From assembly GCA_964016885.1 (NCBI GenBank), contig CAXHJY010001471.1, forward strand, positions 1 through 64,000: DNA of 64,000 bases, in the 5' to 3' direction. The position numbers and the translations under genes were made by a program. Within the stretch, counting starts at the first letter, position 1. Every line of letters begins with the position of its first letter. The stretch is from Eledone cirrhosa (lineage: Eukaryota). Below are positions 39,863 through 53,654 of this stretch, piece after piece. The notes below the pieces were generated by a model. It made no database searches. It saw nothing but the letters and a program-made list of their open reading frames with translations, and was not told the origin of the DNA.

Positions 39863-41760
39863 TCACTCACCCTTCGCCTCCTGGGGACCAGGCCGCACGA
39901 TTTCCATGGGGGTGTTGGAGGGGTTGTCTGGATGGGTGGTGGTTTCCGGCGGGGTGGGGATGCAGATGTTTGGTGGGGTGGGGTCTGGTGGGATGGGGGT
40001 GTCTGGGGTGGGGAGGCATTTGAGAAGGACGCGGTTGAGTGGTTTCACGCAGGAATTCCCCACATCCTTCTCAAATGTTTCTTTTAGGGACCTATAAGTT
40101 TGTATAGGGACCCTAATCAGTTTTAGGTTCAGTTTTTTGCTATTTTTGATAGAGTGGGCGAAAGTTTTCCCTTCGGGGAAAACCGAAGGTTCGTTCGTGA
40201 TGGTCTCCGTTAGTGTTTTGTTTTCAGTGTTTATGTAAGTGTAAGTGTAATTTTCTTGTGTTGTGTTTGTTTTTGTCTGTAGTTCTTGTGTGTGCTTTCG
40301 TTTTGTTGTAGGTATTTTGTTTTCAGGAGGTGGGGGTTTTGTTTGTGATATTTTTGTTGTTTGTGTTGGTGGTTGTATGTTTGTGGTAGTGTTTGCTGGT
40401 TTTTTGCTTTTGTGATATCTTTTCTTTCTTTTCGAGTGATGGGGTTCTCCCTCGTCTTCACTGGGTGATGGCGAGATAGCCTCATCTGTTGTATCGTCTG
40501 TGTGATTGGGGAGGGGTATGTCTTGGGGAGCTGTTGTGTCTGTATGTGATTTTGCAGTGGTTTTAGGTGGAGTGGGGTTGGGTGGGACTGTGTTTGTTGT
40601 GGTTATTTTTGTGTGTCGGTGGTGTTGTTGTTGTTGTGGTGGTGTTGGTGGTTGTGTTGTTTTGATGGGTGTCGGCAGAAGAGCCTTTTTTTGGTTCATT
40701 AGTTTAGGACAGGAAGCCCTCAGGTGACCCCTGCTAAAGCAATGGTAACATGAAGGCCGCCTACCCTCAACCGAAAGGTTTATGTAGGTGAGTCCGTCCA
40801 GGAGTATACGCTGTGGGATCATAGCTATTCGCTCTGGGCTCATTTGCACCAGAACTTCAATGCTAGTCCCATTGAATACATCTCTGGGGGACTTTCCTAC
40901 TGACAGTATTCTGTCTTCATCAAAATTGATGAAGCCGCACAGTATCCACCATATGTTCACCTTTGGTGTGACACTTGTGATTCTGATCTTTTGTGTCCTT
41001 TTTCCCATGTATGTAGGGAAAAAGGTGTACAGGTTGGATACAATTGGCGACACAGAGTAATTTTGGGCCGTCAATTGATCCTTCATGAGTACCGAAATAC
41101 TCCCAAAAAGTTTGCTTCTTTGAATGAATGCAATATCATTCACTGAATTTTTTAAAACCATTTCAATTTCTTTCTGTGACAATTGGACTGGTTTTCGGGT
41201 AGAATTGGAAACTGTCCTAAAAACTATCGTTTTGAGAGCAGTTTCCTTGCGAATTTCTACCGGAGAATTGATGCTGAAAGCATCATTTTTTTCGAAAGTG
41301 ACATATCTCTTAGCGTCCTTTAAAAGTTGTTCAGCATTTGTTATGTCGAGATATATCAATTCTTCTTTCTTTTGAACTTTCTCTGCAAAGGAGATTTTTG
41401 GTTTCTTTGTGGAATCCGTATTGGTGGTGTTGTCATTATTGTTGTTATTGTTGTTGTTATTCTTGTTGTCACCGATGTTGGTATCATCCGTATTTTCCTT
41501 GGTGTTGTTGTTGGCGTTGTCTTTATTTTTTTCTTTGCTGTTGTTATCATTGTTGCTTTCATCATCATTATTGGTTTTGCTGTTTTTTTGTTGTCATTGA
41601 ACTGTTTGGTGTCATTTGTGTTGTTTGGATATGAATTCGTTTTTTTATTTTCATTTTGTCTTTCCATCTCTATAGTATCTAGTGAAGAAGACGTTGTTGA
41701 CTGCGAGCTTTGTAGTCTTACCGCCTCTCCACCACCATTATCGTTGGACGCAGCGTTCAT
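39863..41760 (-). pseudogene. ORF1 of family B with CCHC zinc knuckle and Pro/Thr-rich linker, frameshifted near the N-terminus
   Basis: CYHCFSRGHLRASC; shares FSINSP, YMG.RTQ, VEGRRP and KPLNRVLLK with family A ORF1. Confidence 0.85.
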
Positions 41761-41978
41761 AACGTAATCAAAATTTTACAATATTTTTTCCAAGATTCGA
41801 TGGAGAAAAATTTTTTCAATGGATATTCCGCCCCTGTAGGGGGCGAAAATGAGTTGGCCCACCACCTGAAGGTCCAGACGGGTGGTCAAGTTACACAATG
41901 ATATAAAATTTAACTAAAAACTCACGTTTTTTTCTTACATAAATTAACGGAAACTTCTCCGCGAAGTGACACACGTCT

Positions 41979-42053
<75 letters not shown>

Positions 42054-45000
42054 TTATTTATTTGCCACAGGGGCGTACAAAAATGGTACATTACAAGACG
42101 TAACGGCGGGGGTTTTACATAAAAATATAACTTTAACATTAAACTATATATAATAAAATGACAATTGAAATCCCCAATAGGGGGGGGGGACGTTACTGCA
42201 GGGTTGTTTTACACCCCGTGGATAGAACAACCCTCAACACCAGGAACACGTTTTGTAGGTGTTCCTGTCTTCCCCCTGTTTATCTTCCTCAACCTACAGG
42301 TTTATATACAGAGAAGGCCCATTCACTCGGGCCATTTTCGTCACATTCACCCACCTTTCAGCGAATTTACAGACCCCTCTCTCTCCACTCTCACTTTCCT
42401 TCTGAAGTGGTACTTAAAGAAGGGGTTAAGTTGTTGTCCGAAGAGAAAGGTGTTTGCCCTTAGTTCTTTTAACCTCGTCCACCATATTACCTCTTTAGCC
42501 ATAGCCACCAGACAGAGGAAAACAGCCTCTGTTTCATTCTTAAATGAAGGCGGCGGGGTGATCCTCACGATGGACTCGGCTGACAACTGGATGCACCCCA
42601 CACGTGACAGTAGCTGTTCGATATAATTCCACAGGTCGGTCACCCCTGGGCACTGAACAATTGCGTGCAGAACGGTTTCGATGTCCTGCTCGCATCTTGG
42701 AAAGTCCTTTTGGCAGGATCTCTGCCAGGACGCCCGTGCCTGTAGATTTTGTCTCGAACTGGTAGATCTCCTCGGTAGCACTGCCAGGCAGAGACCTCTG
42801 GAAGTTATCCATAGGCCTTAGACGGAAAGTCCTCCCTAACAGACTGGTCAGTTCGTCCTCCTCGATGCCTAGAGTTTCCCCGAGAACGTCGTCGCACTTA
42901 TCCTCCACTAATCCCTTATAGAATGTCGAAGTGGAGTCTCCGCTGATTGCCGTTTCCGCTTGGTAGAGGGCTGTGAGCGCCTGAAAGCACTTGAGGTGCC
43001 AGGCACCCATTTTCGGTCTTCGCTTGACCCAGGACTGCAGCTCTGTTAGTGAGACGAGTTGTGGAAGAGCTTGTCTCACAAACGACAGCCACACCAGTTC
43101 ACCGGTCAGGAATACCTGGAGATGGCGTAGCCTCAGCGCGTGTTTGCGCATCATCAGACTCGGCATACGCAGCCCTCCGTTAGAAGGGTGTTGACAGCAG
43201 AAGGATCTCCTCATCAATGGAGCTTGTTTCTTCCAGAGGAACTTGAAGAGTAGGCGTTCCATTTTGGTGAGGTATTCGGGGGACAAGGCACGACTGTCAA
43301 GCGGTAGTAGATGACGGACGCTATGTAAGTGTTCGCCACCTCCGCTCGACCTTTCAGGGAGAGTTTGCGCTCATCCCCCCCCCTCCCCACACACTTCTGG
43401 GTGAGTGCAAATACGTTCGCCGTGACCTCGTTCCAGTTCTTGTCCACCTGGAGGTCTGGACCAAACCAGACCCCGAGCAATTTCACCGGTCCTTCCGTCC
43501 AGCGTCCAACGGCACTGTCGGAAGGCATGGGTTTGCCTCTCCATGTGCCGAGTTGCAAACCGACAGACTTGTTTGGGTTTAGTCTTGCTCCTGTCAACGT
43601 TTCGTATTCCTGTAAAAGGTTGCCGATTAACCTGATTTCCAAGGTTTTCGACACCATTACGGTTATGTCGTCGGCATTGGCTGACGCTACTTTCCGCAGT
43701 CCAGGTTCGATAGGGATGCCTTGCAACAGCTCCAACTTCCGCACTAATGGCTCGAGAGTCAGTACATACAGAATGGAGGAGAGAGGGCACTCCTGACTGA
43801 TGGAACGCATGATTTGGAATGGCTCTGATAGGTAGCCATTCACCTTGACTGTCGAGCAGATGCTGGTGTGCATGGCAGCGATCCAGCCTCTGAAGACGGG
43901 ACCGAAGCCTTGAGAACCGCTTCCAAGTATTGATGGTCGACCCTATCAAATGCCTTAGACTGATCTAAATTGATCAGAGCCCCACCGAAGCGAGGTTTAC
44001 ACCCTACCCTCTTTATGATGTATCGCATGAGGTGGAAGATGTCGTGTATGGACCTGGTCGGTATTGCACACGTTTGCGCTTCCCCTACCATGTTCTCGAT
44101 GACAAGCACCAGCCTCGTTGCTAACACCTTGGCCAAAATCTTTAACTCTGTTTTGAGCAGAGTTATGGGCCTGAAATTGCTTATCTCATCCCCCTTGTTC
44201 TCATCTTTCCTGGTGAGCGTTACTACGCCTCTGCCTACATAACTGAGAATCCTCCCGTTCTGCTGCCAGTTGCAGTAGACCGCTTCGAGGACGCCAGAGA
44301 ACAAGTAGGCCATGCCTATGTAAAACTCATAGGGTAGACCATCTAAACCGAGTGATTTGCGTTTCCCGCAGCGGCCTAGGGCATCTTCTATTTCGCCCGC
44401 TGTGATCGGCCTTTCACAGCTCTCTGCATACCTTCTCGAGAGTCGTGGTACGCCGTCGAGGTAAGAGCTGAAGTCCATCACCTCCCTCGACGTACCGCTT
44501 TGCCCGAACAGTTGTGCAAAATGCTGCTGGAAGGCCGTGCACATCTGCTTGGATTCAAGTAGAATGCGTCCATATTTGTCTTGCAAAGACCGAATTGTGG
44601 ATTTGTTGCCACTTTTCTCCTCTGCCACTCGGGCCCAGCTAACAGCTTTGGCTCCCTCGTTTCTTAGAGCACGTGTTCTACTTCTGACAATACAACCTTC
44701 GTGTTTCACGTTGATAAACTGGTCTAGTGCCGTTCTCGCCGCTAGCACGTCAGCTGCACTGCCATTCCTAAGTGCCTCTTCTACTTAAGCTACCAGTTCT
44801 TTTTCAGTTTTGTTTTTTTTCTAAAGCTACTTCCTTGCTAAATGCTATTGATTCCATTCTAATTGCTCTCTTGAGAGAGCTACACCACCTGTTGTTGACG
44901 ATCGCCGCCGTCAACTGGCACTTAACTAAGGTGTTAATCCGTTTACTGTAGCCCTTACGTGCCGGAAGCGACATGTTTAGCTTCCAGTATCCGGGTCCCT

Positions 45001-45309
45001 GTCTATGTGTTCTATCAAGGTTGACTACGCAGGTGATAATTTGAATAGGCAACCATATGCATTTGTGGACAACGTAATGTTTCCATATCATTCTGTCTAA
45101 TTAAAAATCTATCTAAATACGATCTAGAAGACCCAGTGTGGTTGCTCCACATCCACAGTGGCACACTTTGGAAGTCTAGTCGATATCTATCAGCTAGTTG
45201 GGATTGGCTGATAAGATTTTTGAGGTTATTACACCCCACCCCACCTCCTCTATTATCACAAGCTCCTACATAGTCCCAACGTGCATCTAAGATACCATTC
45301 CAGTCCCCA
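42054..45309 (-). mobile_element. Tx1/L1-type retrotransposon, family C, 5'-truncated within the endonuclease, more decayed
   Basis: ORF2 fragments 42294-45309 with many frameshifts; truncated at GDWN and joined to a GATA/GACA/GGTA tract at 45310-45413. Confidence 0.92.
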
Positions 45310-45348
45310 GATAGGTAGACAGACAGACAGGTAGGTAGGGCGGCAGAC

Positions 45349-45413
<65 letters not shown>

Positions 45414-45414
<1 letters not shown>

Positions 45415-48400
45415 ATTTCTATTTATTTGCCACGAGGGCACAAAGGAAGGGGACAAATACACAGTGGAGGAGTTTACATAAATCGAGTAAAGAAAAAAGG
45501 AATAACAATAATAATATAATAATAAAAAGTCCTCAAAAGGGAGGGGGCGTGTTCAGGATTGCACATACCCCCGAAAAGTGTGCAACCCTTTTCGCGGGGG
45601 AAGCCCAGAGAGGAGGCGCTCCCCCTTTCCTCTTCACTTCTTCACCTACAGAACAATGTAGAGAGAAGGCCCATTTACACGAGCCATTCTCGCTTCTTTC
45701 ACCCACCTTTCATAAAACTGTCTGGGGCCAAGCACTTCTCTCTCCATCCTGATCCTTCTTCCGAAGTGGTATCGGAAGAAGTAAACCAGGTGATGGCCGG
45801 AGAGAAAGTCACCCGACCTCAGACCTTTCAGGCGCGTCCACCACACAACCTCTTTCATCATGGCTATTACGCACAGAAAGACCGCCTCTGCTTCGTTTCT
45901 GAAGGGAGGCGGCGGCTTGATGTTCACCACAGACTCGGCGGTTAATCGAATCGGCGCCACACGTGACAGCAGTCGTTCGACGTAGCCCCACAGATCGGCA
46001 ACGCCCGGGAAGTGTACCAGTGCATGCGCAACGGTTTCCTCGTCGCGCACGCATCTGGGACAGATCTTTTTCGCTGGATCCCTGCCCGGGCGCCCGTGTC
46101 TGTAGAGCTTTTCTCGAACGGGCAGAGCCCCCCGGTAACACTGCCAGGCTAGGGACCTCTGGAAGTTGTCCATGGGTCCCGGGCCGAAAGTTCTACCGAA
46201 CAGGCTGGCCAGTTCGTCCTCCTCCATGACTAGCGACTCTCCAAGGGTGTCGTCGCCCCTGCTAGCCACCAGCCCTCTATAGAATGTCGAGGTGGATTCT
46301 CCACTGACAGTCGGGTCCGCTTGCCAGATAGCCGTGAGCGCCTGGGCACACTCGGTGTGCCAGTTGCCCAGTTTTCTCGGTCTTTGCTTCACCCAGGATT
46401 GCAGCTCGGTGAGCGAGACGAGCTGTGGGAAGGCTCGCCTCACAAACGGGGCCCACACCGGCTGACCGGTGAGGAATACCTGTAGATGCCGTAGCCTCAA
46501 TGCGTGCCTACGCATCAACAGCCACGGCATACCCAGCCCTCCTTTCGAAGGGTGCTGGCAGCAGATGGATCTCCTCACCATGGGAAGCCGCTTCTTCCAG
46601 AGGAACTGGAAGAGCATGCGTTCCATGATGGTGATCTTTTCCTTGGGGCAAGGCACGACGGTCAGGCGGTAGCAGATGACGGACGCTATGTAAGCGTTCG
46701 TCACCTCCGCCCGACCTTTCAGTGATAGTTTGCACTTGGCCCACTTCTGGGTCAGCGCAAACACCCTGCTCGTCACCTCGCCCCAATTCTTCTCCACCTG
46801 GAGGTCCGGTCCGAACCAGACCCCGAGCAGCTTCACCGGGCCCTCCGTCCACCGCCCGACGACACCATCTAACGGCATCGGTTTGCCCCTCCACGTTCCG
46901 AGTTGCAAATCGACTGACTTGTCCCGGTTCAGCCTAGCCCCCGTCAGCCTTTCGTATTCCTCCAGTAGGGTGGCGATCGCCCCGATTTCCGAGGCGTCCG
47001 CCACCATTACTGTTACGTCGTCGGCATAGGCCGAGACCGCTTTGTGCAATCCCGGTTCCAGGGGTATGCCCCGCAGTAACTCCAACTTCCGCAGCAGTGG
47101 CTCGAGAGTCAATACGTACAGAAGGGAGGAGAGGGGGCACCCCAGTCTGATGGACCGGGTGATTTGAAACGGCTCCGAGAGGTAGCCGTTTACTTTAATC
47201 CTAGAGTAGATGTTGCCACTGTGCATGGCAGAAATCCAGCCTCTGAAAACGGGTCCGAAGCCCGCCGCCGCTAGCACCGCATCCAGGTAACCATGGTCGA
47301 CCCTATCGAACGCCTTAGATTGATCCAAGTTGATCAGGGCCCCACCAAAGCCGGGTTCGTTGCCAACCCTCTATATGATGTATCGCATGAGGTGGAGGTT
47401 GTCGTGAATGGACCTGGACGGGATAGCGCATGTCTGCGCGTCTCCCACCAAACCACCCACCACAAGCGCCAACCTCTTCGCCAACACCTTGGCCAAAATC
47501 TGTAACTCTGCATTCAGCAGAGTTATGGGCCTAAAGTTACTTAAGTCGTCCCCCTTGCTCTCGTCCTTCCTCACTAGCGTCACCACGCCCTTGGTCACAG
47601 AACAGGGAATTCTCCCGTTCTGTTGCCAGTTGCAATAGACAGCCTCAAGGAGTTCGGAGAACAAGACCGGCATAGCTAAATAAAGTTCGTATGGTAGACC
47701 ATCGAGACCCGGAGATTTGCGTCTGCTGCATTGGCTGAGCGCTTCCCCGATTTCAGTGGCTGTGATTGGCCTTTCGCAGCACTCCGGTTCGCCGCTCGAA
47801 AGACGCGGTAGACCGTCGAGCAAAGTGCTTTTGAAAGGCCTCGCACATCCGCTCAGGTTCAAGGATCACCCGTCCATCCTGGTCTCGCAAAGACCGAATG
47901 GTGGATTTAATCCCACTCTTGGCTTCTGTCACGCGGGCCCAGCTAACAGCTTTGGTCCCCTCGTTTCCTAAAGCACGTATTTTACTTCGGACAACGCAGC
48001 CTTCGTGCTTCGCGTCAAAGAACTGGCTCAACGCCGTTCTCGCCGCTAACACTCTGGCTACGTCTCCGCTCCTAATCGCCTCTTCTAGTTTATATGTTAA
48101 CTCCCTTTCCTTCCTATTTCTATTCGCCGCTAGTTCCTTACTGTAACCTATCGAACTTACTCTAATCTCTCTCTTTAGAGATACCCACCACCTACTGTTG
48201 ACGATCGCTCCCGTCAGCCGCATCTTAACTAAGCTACTAATCCGGTTCCTGTAATCTTTCTTTGCCGGCAAGGACAAGTTCATCTTCCAGTAACCGGGAC
48301 CCTGTCTATGTGTTCTATCAAGGTTGACCACGCAGGTCACTAATTTGTGATCTGAATAGCCAACCATGATCAATTCTGGACAACTAAATACGTCCCTATC

Positions 48401-51034
48401 CTTACTCCTAACCAAAAACCTATCTAGGTACGATCTAGATTGTCCACTGCGGTTTACCCAGGTCCAGGTTGGCGCAGTTGGACAATCTAGTCGAAATCTA
48501 TCGACCAGGTCGAATCGATCGAGTAACCCCTTGAGGCTGCTACACCCCCCCCCCCCCTCTATCGGGACATGCCCCTGCATAGTCCTAACGCGCATCTAGG
48601 ATTCCATTCCAGTCCCCCACTAAAAGCAGGGAACGCGACGTTCCTAGAAAAGTCTCCAGACGCTGGAAGAAGTCGGCTCTTTCAGCCCCGAAGGGGGCAT
48701 AAAGACCGACCAGTCTGAAAGCCCCGCCTTCACCGCCTCCGACGTCCAGCACCAGTAATCGACCCCCAGGGTCCGAGTGAACAATCTGTACGTCGAGAGC
48801 CAGACGTTTATCCAGCAGTACGGCAACCCCCCCCCCCCCCCCCCCCCCCCACCTCCGGGTTGACAGAGAGATGCGTGCATCTCAAAGTCATCGAAGGCGG
48901 GAGCCAGCTGTCGCACGCTGCTGATCCGACTCTCGCAAACAACCATCACATCTATACTTCGTGACCTGAGGTCACTTAGTGGCTTTGCTTGCTTCCAAGC
49001 TGAGCCCAGGCCACGCGCGTTCAAACAGCCAACTCTCAATTGATCTATTTTGGTGTTGAAAGTGAAGAAAGAAAAGCACTTACCTCTCCGGGTTGTGTAA
49101 TTTCCATGGCGTCAGGTGTGTTGGGTGGAGGGATGTTTTGTGGTGGTGTGGGGGTGCCCGAGTGTGGCTGGGTTGGGGTGTTTGGAGTTGTGTCAGGGAG
49201 AGGGGAGGTTATGGGGAAATCTTTCAAGAAGACGCGATTTAACGGTTTTAAACAGGGGGGGGGCTCACGTCCTGTCTAAATTGTTCTTTTAAGGAACGAT
49301 AAAGGTCCAGAAGGACCTTTATCATTTTTAAATGGGTGAAGTTCTCTGTTGAGATAAAGTTTGGCCCTTCGGTCTGCACCAAAGGGCTATTGTTTATTAA
49401 TTTAAACAGTTTTTTGTTTTCTTTATTTATATATGTGTATTGCAATGTCTTTTTTTGTGATGCTGTCAATGTTTCGGAGAGGGGAGGCGCAGATTTATTT
49501 TTGTTTGTTGAGGGTGGGGTGTTTTTTATTGGAGTTGGTGTTTGTGTGTGGGTTATTTGTGGTGTGCTGGGTGTGTGCTTTCTTTTTTTTCTTTTAACTT
49601 GTCTGAAGGCTTCTCCTCCTTCTTCTTCAGAAGTTGGGGGAAACTCTTCAGCGCTAGGTGGGAGGGACGTCGTGTCTGGTTGTTTTATTTTTGCGGGAGG
49701 GGTAGATTTGTTGCTGTTTTTTCATTATTTGTTTGGAATGCGTTTTGTGGTGGTGGTGGTGCTGTTTGTGTCGTGCTTGTGGTTGGTAATGGTGGTGGTG
49801 CTGTTTGTGTTGGTGATGGTGGTGGTGATGTTTGTGTTGTGCTTGGTGGTGTTTGTATTTTGTTTGCTGTGTGTGGTATTAGTGTATTTTTGGAGGTGGG
49901 TGGTGTTGGTGTACTGTTTGTGGTGGGTGTGGGCAATAGTCCTTTTTGGGGGATACGTTTCGGGCAGTTAGCCTTAACGTGTTCCCTTTCCATGCATAAA
50001 TAGCATGCTGGTCTTCTCCCCTCTACAATTATGTCTATTGGGGTAAGGTCATCCAGCCAGATGCGATCCGGGATTTGTGCTATTCTTTCGGGCCTCATTT
50101 GGACTAGTATGTCGAGGCCCATTCCCAGGAACGCATCTCCAGTTGCCTTCCCAATTGACAGCATTGTGTCTTCGCCCATATCTATGAAGCCAGCAATAGC
50201 CCACCAGAAGTCCATTGTGGGCAGCATTGTTTTTACTTTTACTCTCTGTGTTCTTCTACCCATGTAGGAGGGATAGAAGCTGTATGTTGTCGATGAGAGT
50301 GGGCTTAGGGAAATCTTCTCCGCCGTTTCCTTGTCTTTTGTTAGGACCGAAATGCTGCCATAGAGTCGGTCCTTTCGTATGAAGAGAATATTCTTCATAT
50401 AGTCTTTTAGGACCAACTCTATCTCCATTTGGCTGGGCTGTGCTGGCTTTCTTGTTTGGTTTAGGATTGTTCTGAAGAGAACTGTGTTCTCTGTTCTCGC
50501 TTTCTTGAATTCTGGGAGGGAGTTAATGGAAAACATTCCGTTCTCCCCCAAAACAATGTGTTTCTTTGCTTCGGCCAGTTTTTCTCTGGCGGCAGTTAGG
50601 TCAATTGGTGTGTATGTAATGGATTGTTTTGTTTTCTGGGCGAAAGTTGCCCTGTTGTTATTTGTATTATTTTCTGTTTGTTTGTTTTCCGTTTGCTCAT
50701 TTTCCTTAACATTTATTTTTTCATTTTCTTTGTTTGTTTCGTTGTCTAATTTTGTTGTAATTATTTTTTGTTCTTCAGACTTGGGGGGCGTGGCAGAGCT
50801 AATGGCAGACATGTCTGCCATCTTTTCCGCCATGCTGCCAAGAAAGAAATTTTTCGGCAAAATAGATATTTATTTTACCCCCTAAAAAGGGGGTAAATGC
50901 AAAAATGTTTCCCTAAATAACAGGGGTTAGTGTTCCAAATGTGTTGCACTGAAAAATTTATCCGGTACTTACAATAGTAAGGGTAAATCCCGATGGAATA
51001 GCGGAGCCGATGTGAAGCGTGTCTTACTCTATCA
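45414..51034 (-). mobile_element. Tx1/L1-type retrotransposon, family A copy 2, full length
   Basis: ORF1 49045-50833 (CYLCMEREHVKANC knuckle) and ORF2 45646-49048, with frameshifts mostly at homopolymers plus a short deletion at ~47820. Confidence 0.93.
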
Positions 51035-51035
51035 A

Positions 51036-51056
51036 GATAGATAGATAGGTAGATAG

Positions 51057-51087
<31 letters not shown>

Positions 51088-51103
51088 GATAGATAGATAG
51101 ACA
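51036..51103. repeat. (GATA)3 GGTA (GATA)6 AATA (GATA)5 GACA; right boundary of the array
   Basis: Units counted directly. Confidence 0.95.
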
Positions 51104-51499
51104 CCCGAGCAATAGTAGCCGAAATAACCAAACTAACAAAAATCCTCTTGTTTATAAAAAGAGAAGACATTTTTTCAGACGTGAAGAAAAAGTAGAAAAA
51201 CTAAGGCGGAGAAGAAAGCTATATAGCTGTTGTATGTTTTATTATACGTCAGGCATCAGCAGCTCTAATGATTGGTTTGAAAGTCGACTGATGTCGATAG
51301 CAAAAGGTTTGTCTTCACAAGCAGCTGTTGATTACTACGTTGATAAATAGTTAATTCAGTGCGATCGTACACCTTTGCCCTGTACGTTACCTCATACATA
51401 AACACACACGAACACACACACACACACACACATACACAGGCAATAGTTTTCTCTATGTGTATGTCTCTCTCACATCCTCTCACTCTATCTCTCTTTGAA

Positions 51500-52780
<1,281 letters not shown>

Positions 52781-52933
52781 TTAAGTATCTAGAGAGAGAA
52801 AAAAGGAAAGATAACCGATACATATATTTAGTTGGCAATAACTTGTGCAAATGTGCTCAATACTCGTGCCTACAGGGTTAAATATTAGAAGCGTTAATAT
52901 CTAGCGAGCGAGAAAATAAGCAGAGCAGTTACA

Positions 52934-53258
52934 GAAGAAATGAATACAAAGGAGTATATACCGTTAAAACATGTTTATATAACAATGCATCTACGTACGT
53001 TTCGCCCAGAACGGACTTCTCAAGGGCATGGAAAACAAACAAAAAATGATCAGTACGCGACCCATGAGGGGTTTTAAGGTTAAATTCACATCAGAGTTCA
53101 TTCTTCGCTTAAGTACATGTGTTGTTATTGCCGCAGAGCAGGGGGGAGTAACTCTGGCCGGTGCTCGAATAATCTTGTCCCACTGGGCGAAATGTACGTA
53201 GGTGCATTGTTATATAAACATGTTTTAACGGTATATACTCCTTGTATTCATTTCTTTT
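52934..53258. mobile_element. Fold-back repeat (~75-bp arms) carrying a variant hammerhead
   Basis: 52934-53009 is the reverse complement of ~53183-53257; ends in (TA)n. Confidence 0.75.
52985..53029 (-). ncRNA. Hammerhead-like motif with U3-A8 core (TTGAGAA)
   Basis: Reverse strand: ATGCCC TTGAGAA GTCC-GTTCT-GGGC GAA ACGTACGT A GATGCAT; stem I imperfect. Confidence 0.6.
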
Positions 53259-53280
53259 ATATATATATATATATATATAT

Positions 53281-53618
53281 AAACGAAAAAAATGAAACGA
53301 AATTTCATTTCTCACTCTTAGTACGGCTGTTACTTAAATATAAGTATGTATACGTACATACATATATGTATACAGACGTACAGTAGTATGTATATATATA
53401 TATATATACATCATGCACACATATATATATGTACGTATGGATTCACCGAACATTTATTATAATGCTTGGTGTGTTTGTAAACAAACATCCCGAATTAAGC
53501 CGTACAGTGTCTAGCAACCATCGTTGCTCATTTGTTCAACACTGACAAAGGAACGCTGTACTAGTTTCAAGCTACTACTGTACGTCTGTATACATATATG
53601 TATGTACGTATACATACT

Positions 53619-53620
<2 letters not shown>
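53281..53620. mobile_element. Second copy of the 12772-13800 family, inverted junction inside hammerhead stem II
   Basis: 53281-53573 matches 12771-13056; it then switches to the opposite orientation (matching ~13752-13800). Confidence 0.85.

Positions 53621-53654
<34 letters not shown>

Larger units (their letters stand above)
36157..41978 (-). mobile_element. Tx1/L1-type retrotransposon, family B, full length
   Basis: Distinct 5' UTR and ORF1; ORF2 homologous to but diverged from A; flanked by (GATA)n at 36130-36156 and 41979-42053. Confidence 0.93.

Noticed and set aside
31320-50885. Plus-strand ORFs across the Tx1 array
   Set aside because: Antisense shadows of GC-rich ORF1/ORF2 with no recognisable motifs.
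31307-51034. A1/A2 as LTRs of a giant element or as an assembly duplication
   Set aside because: Each is a complete non-LTR element with its own private deletions and substitutions.
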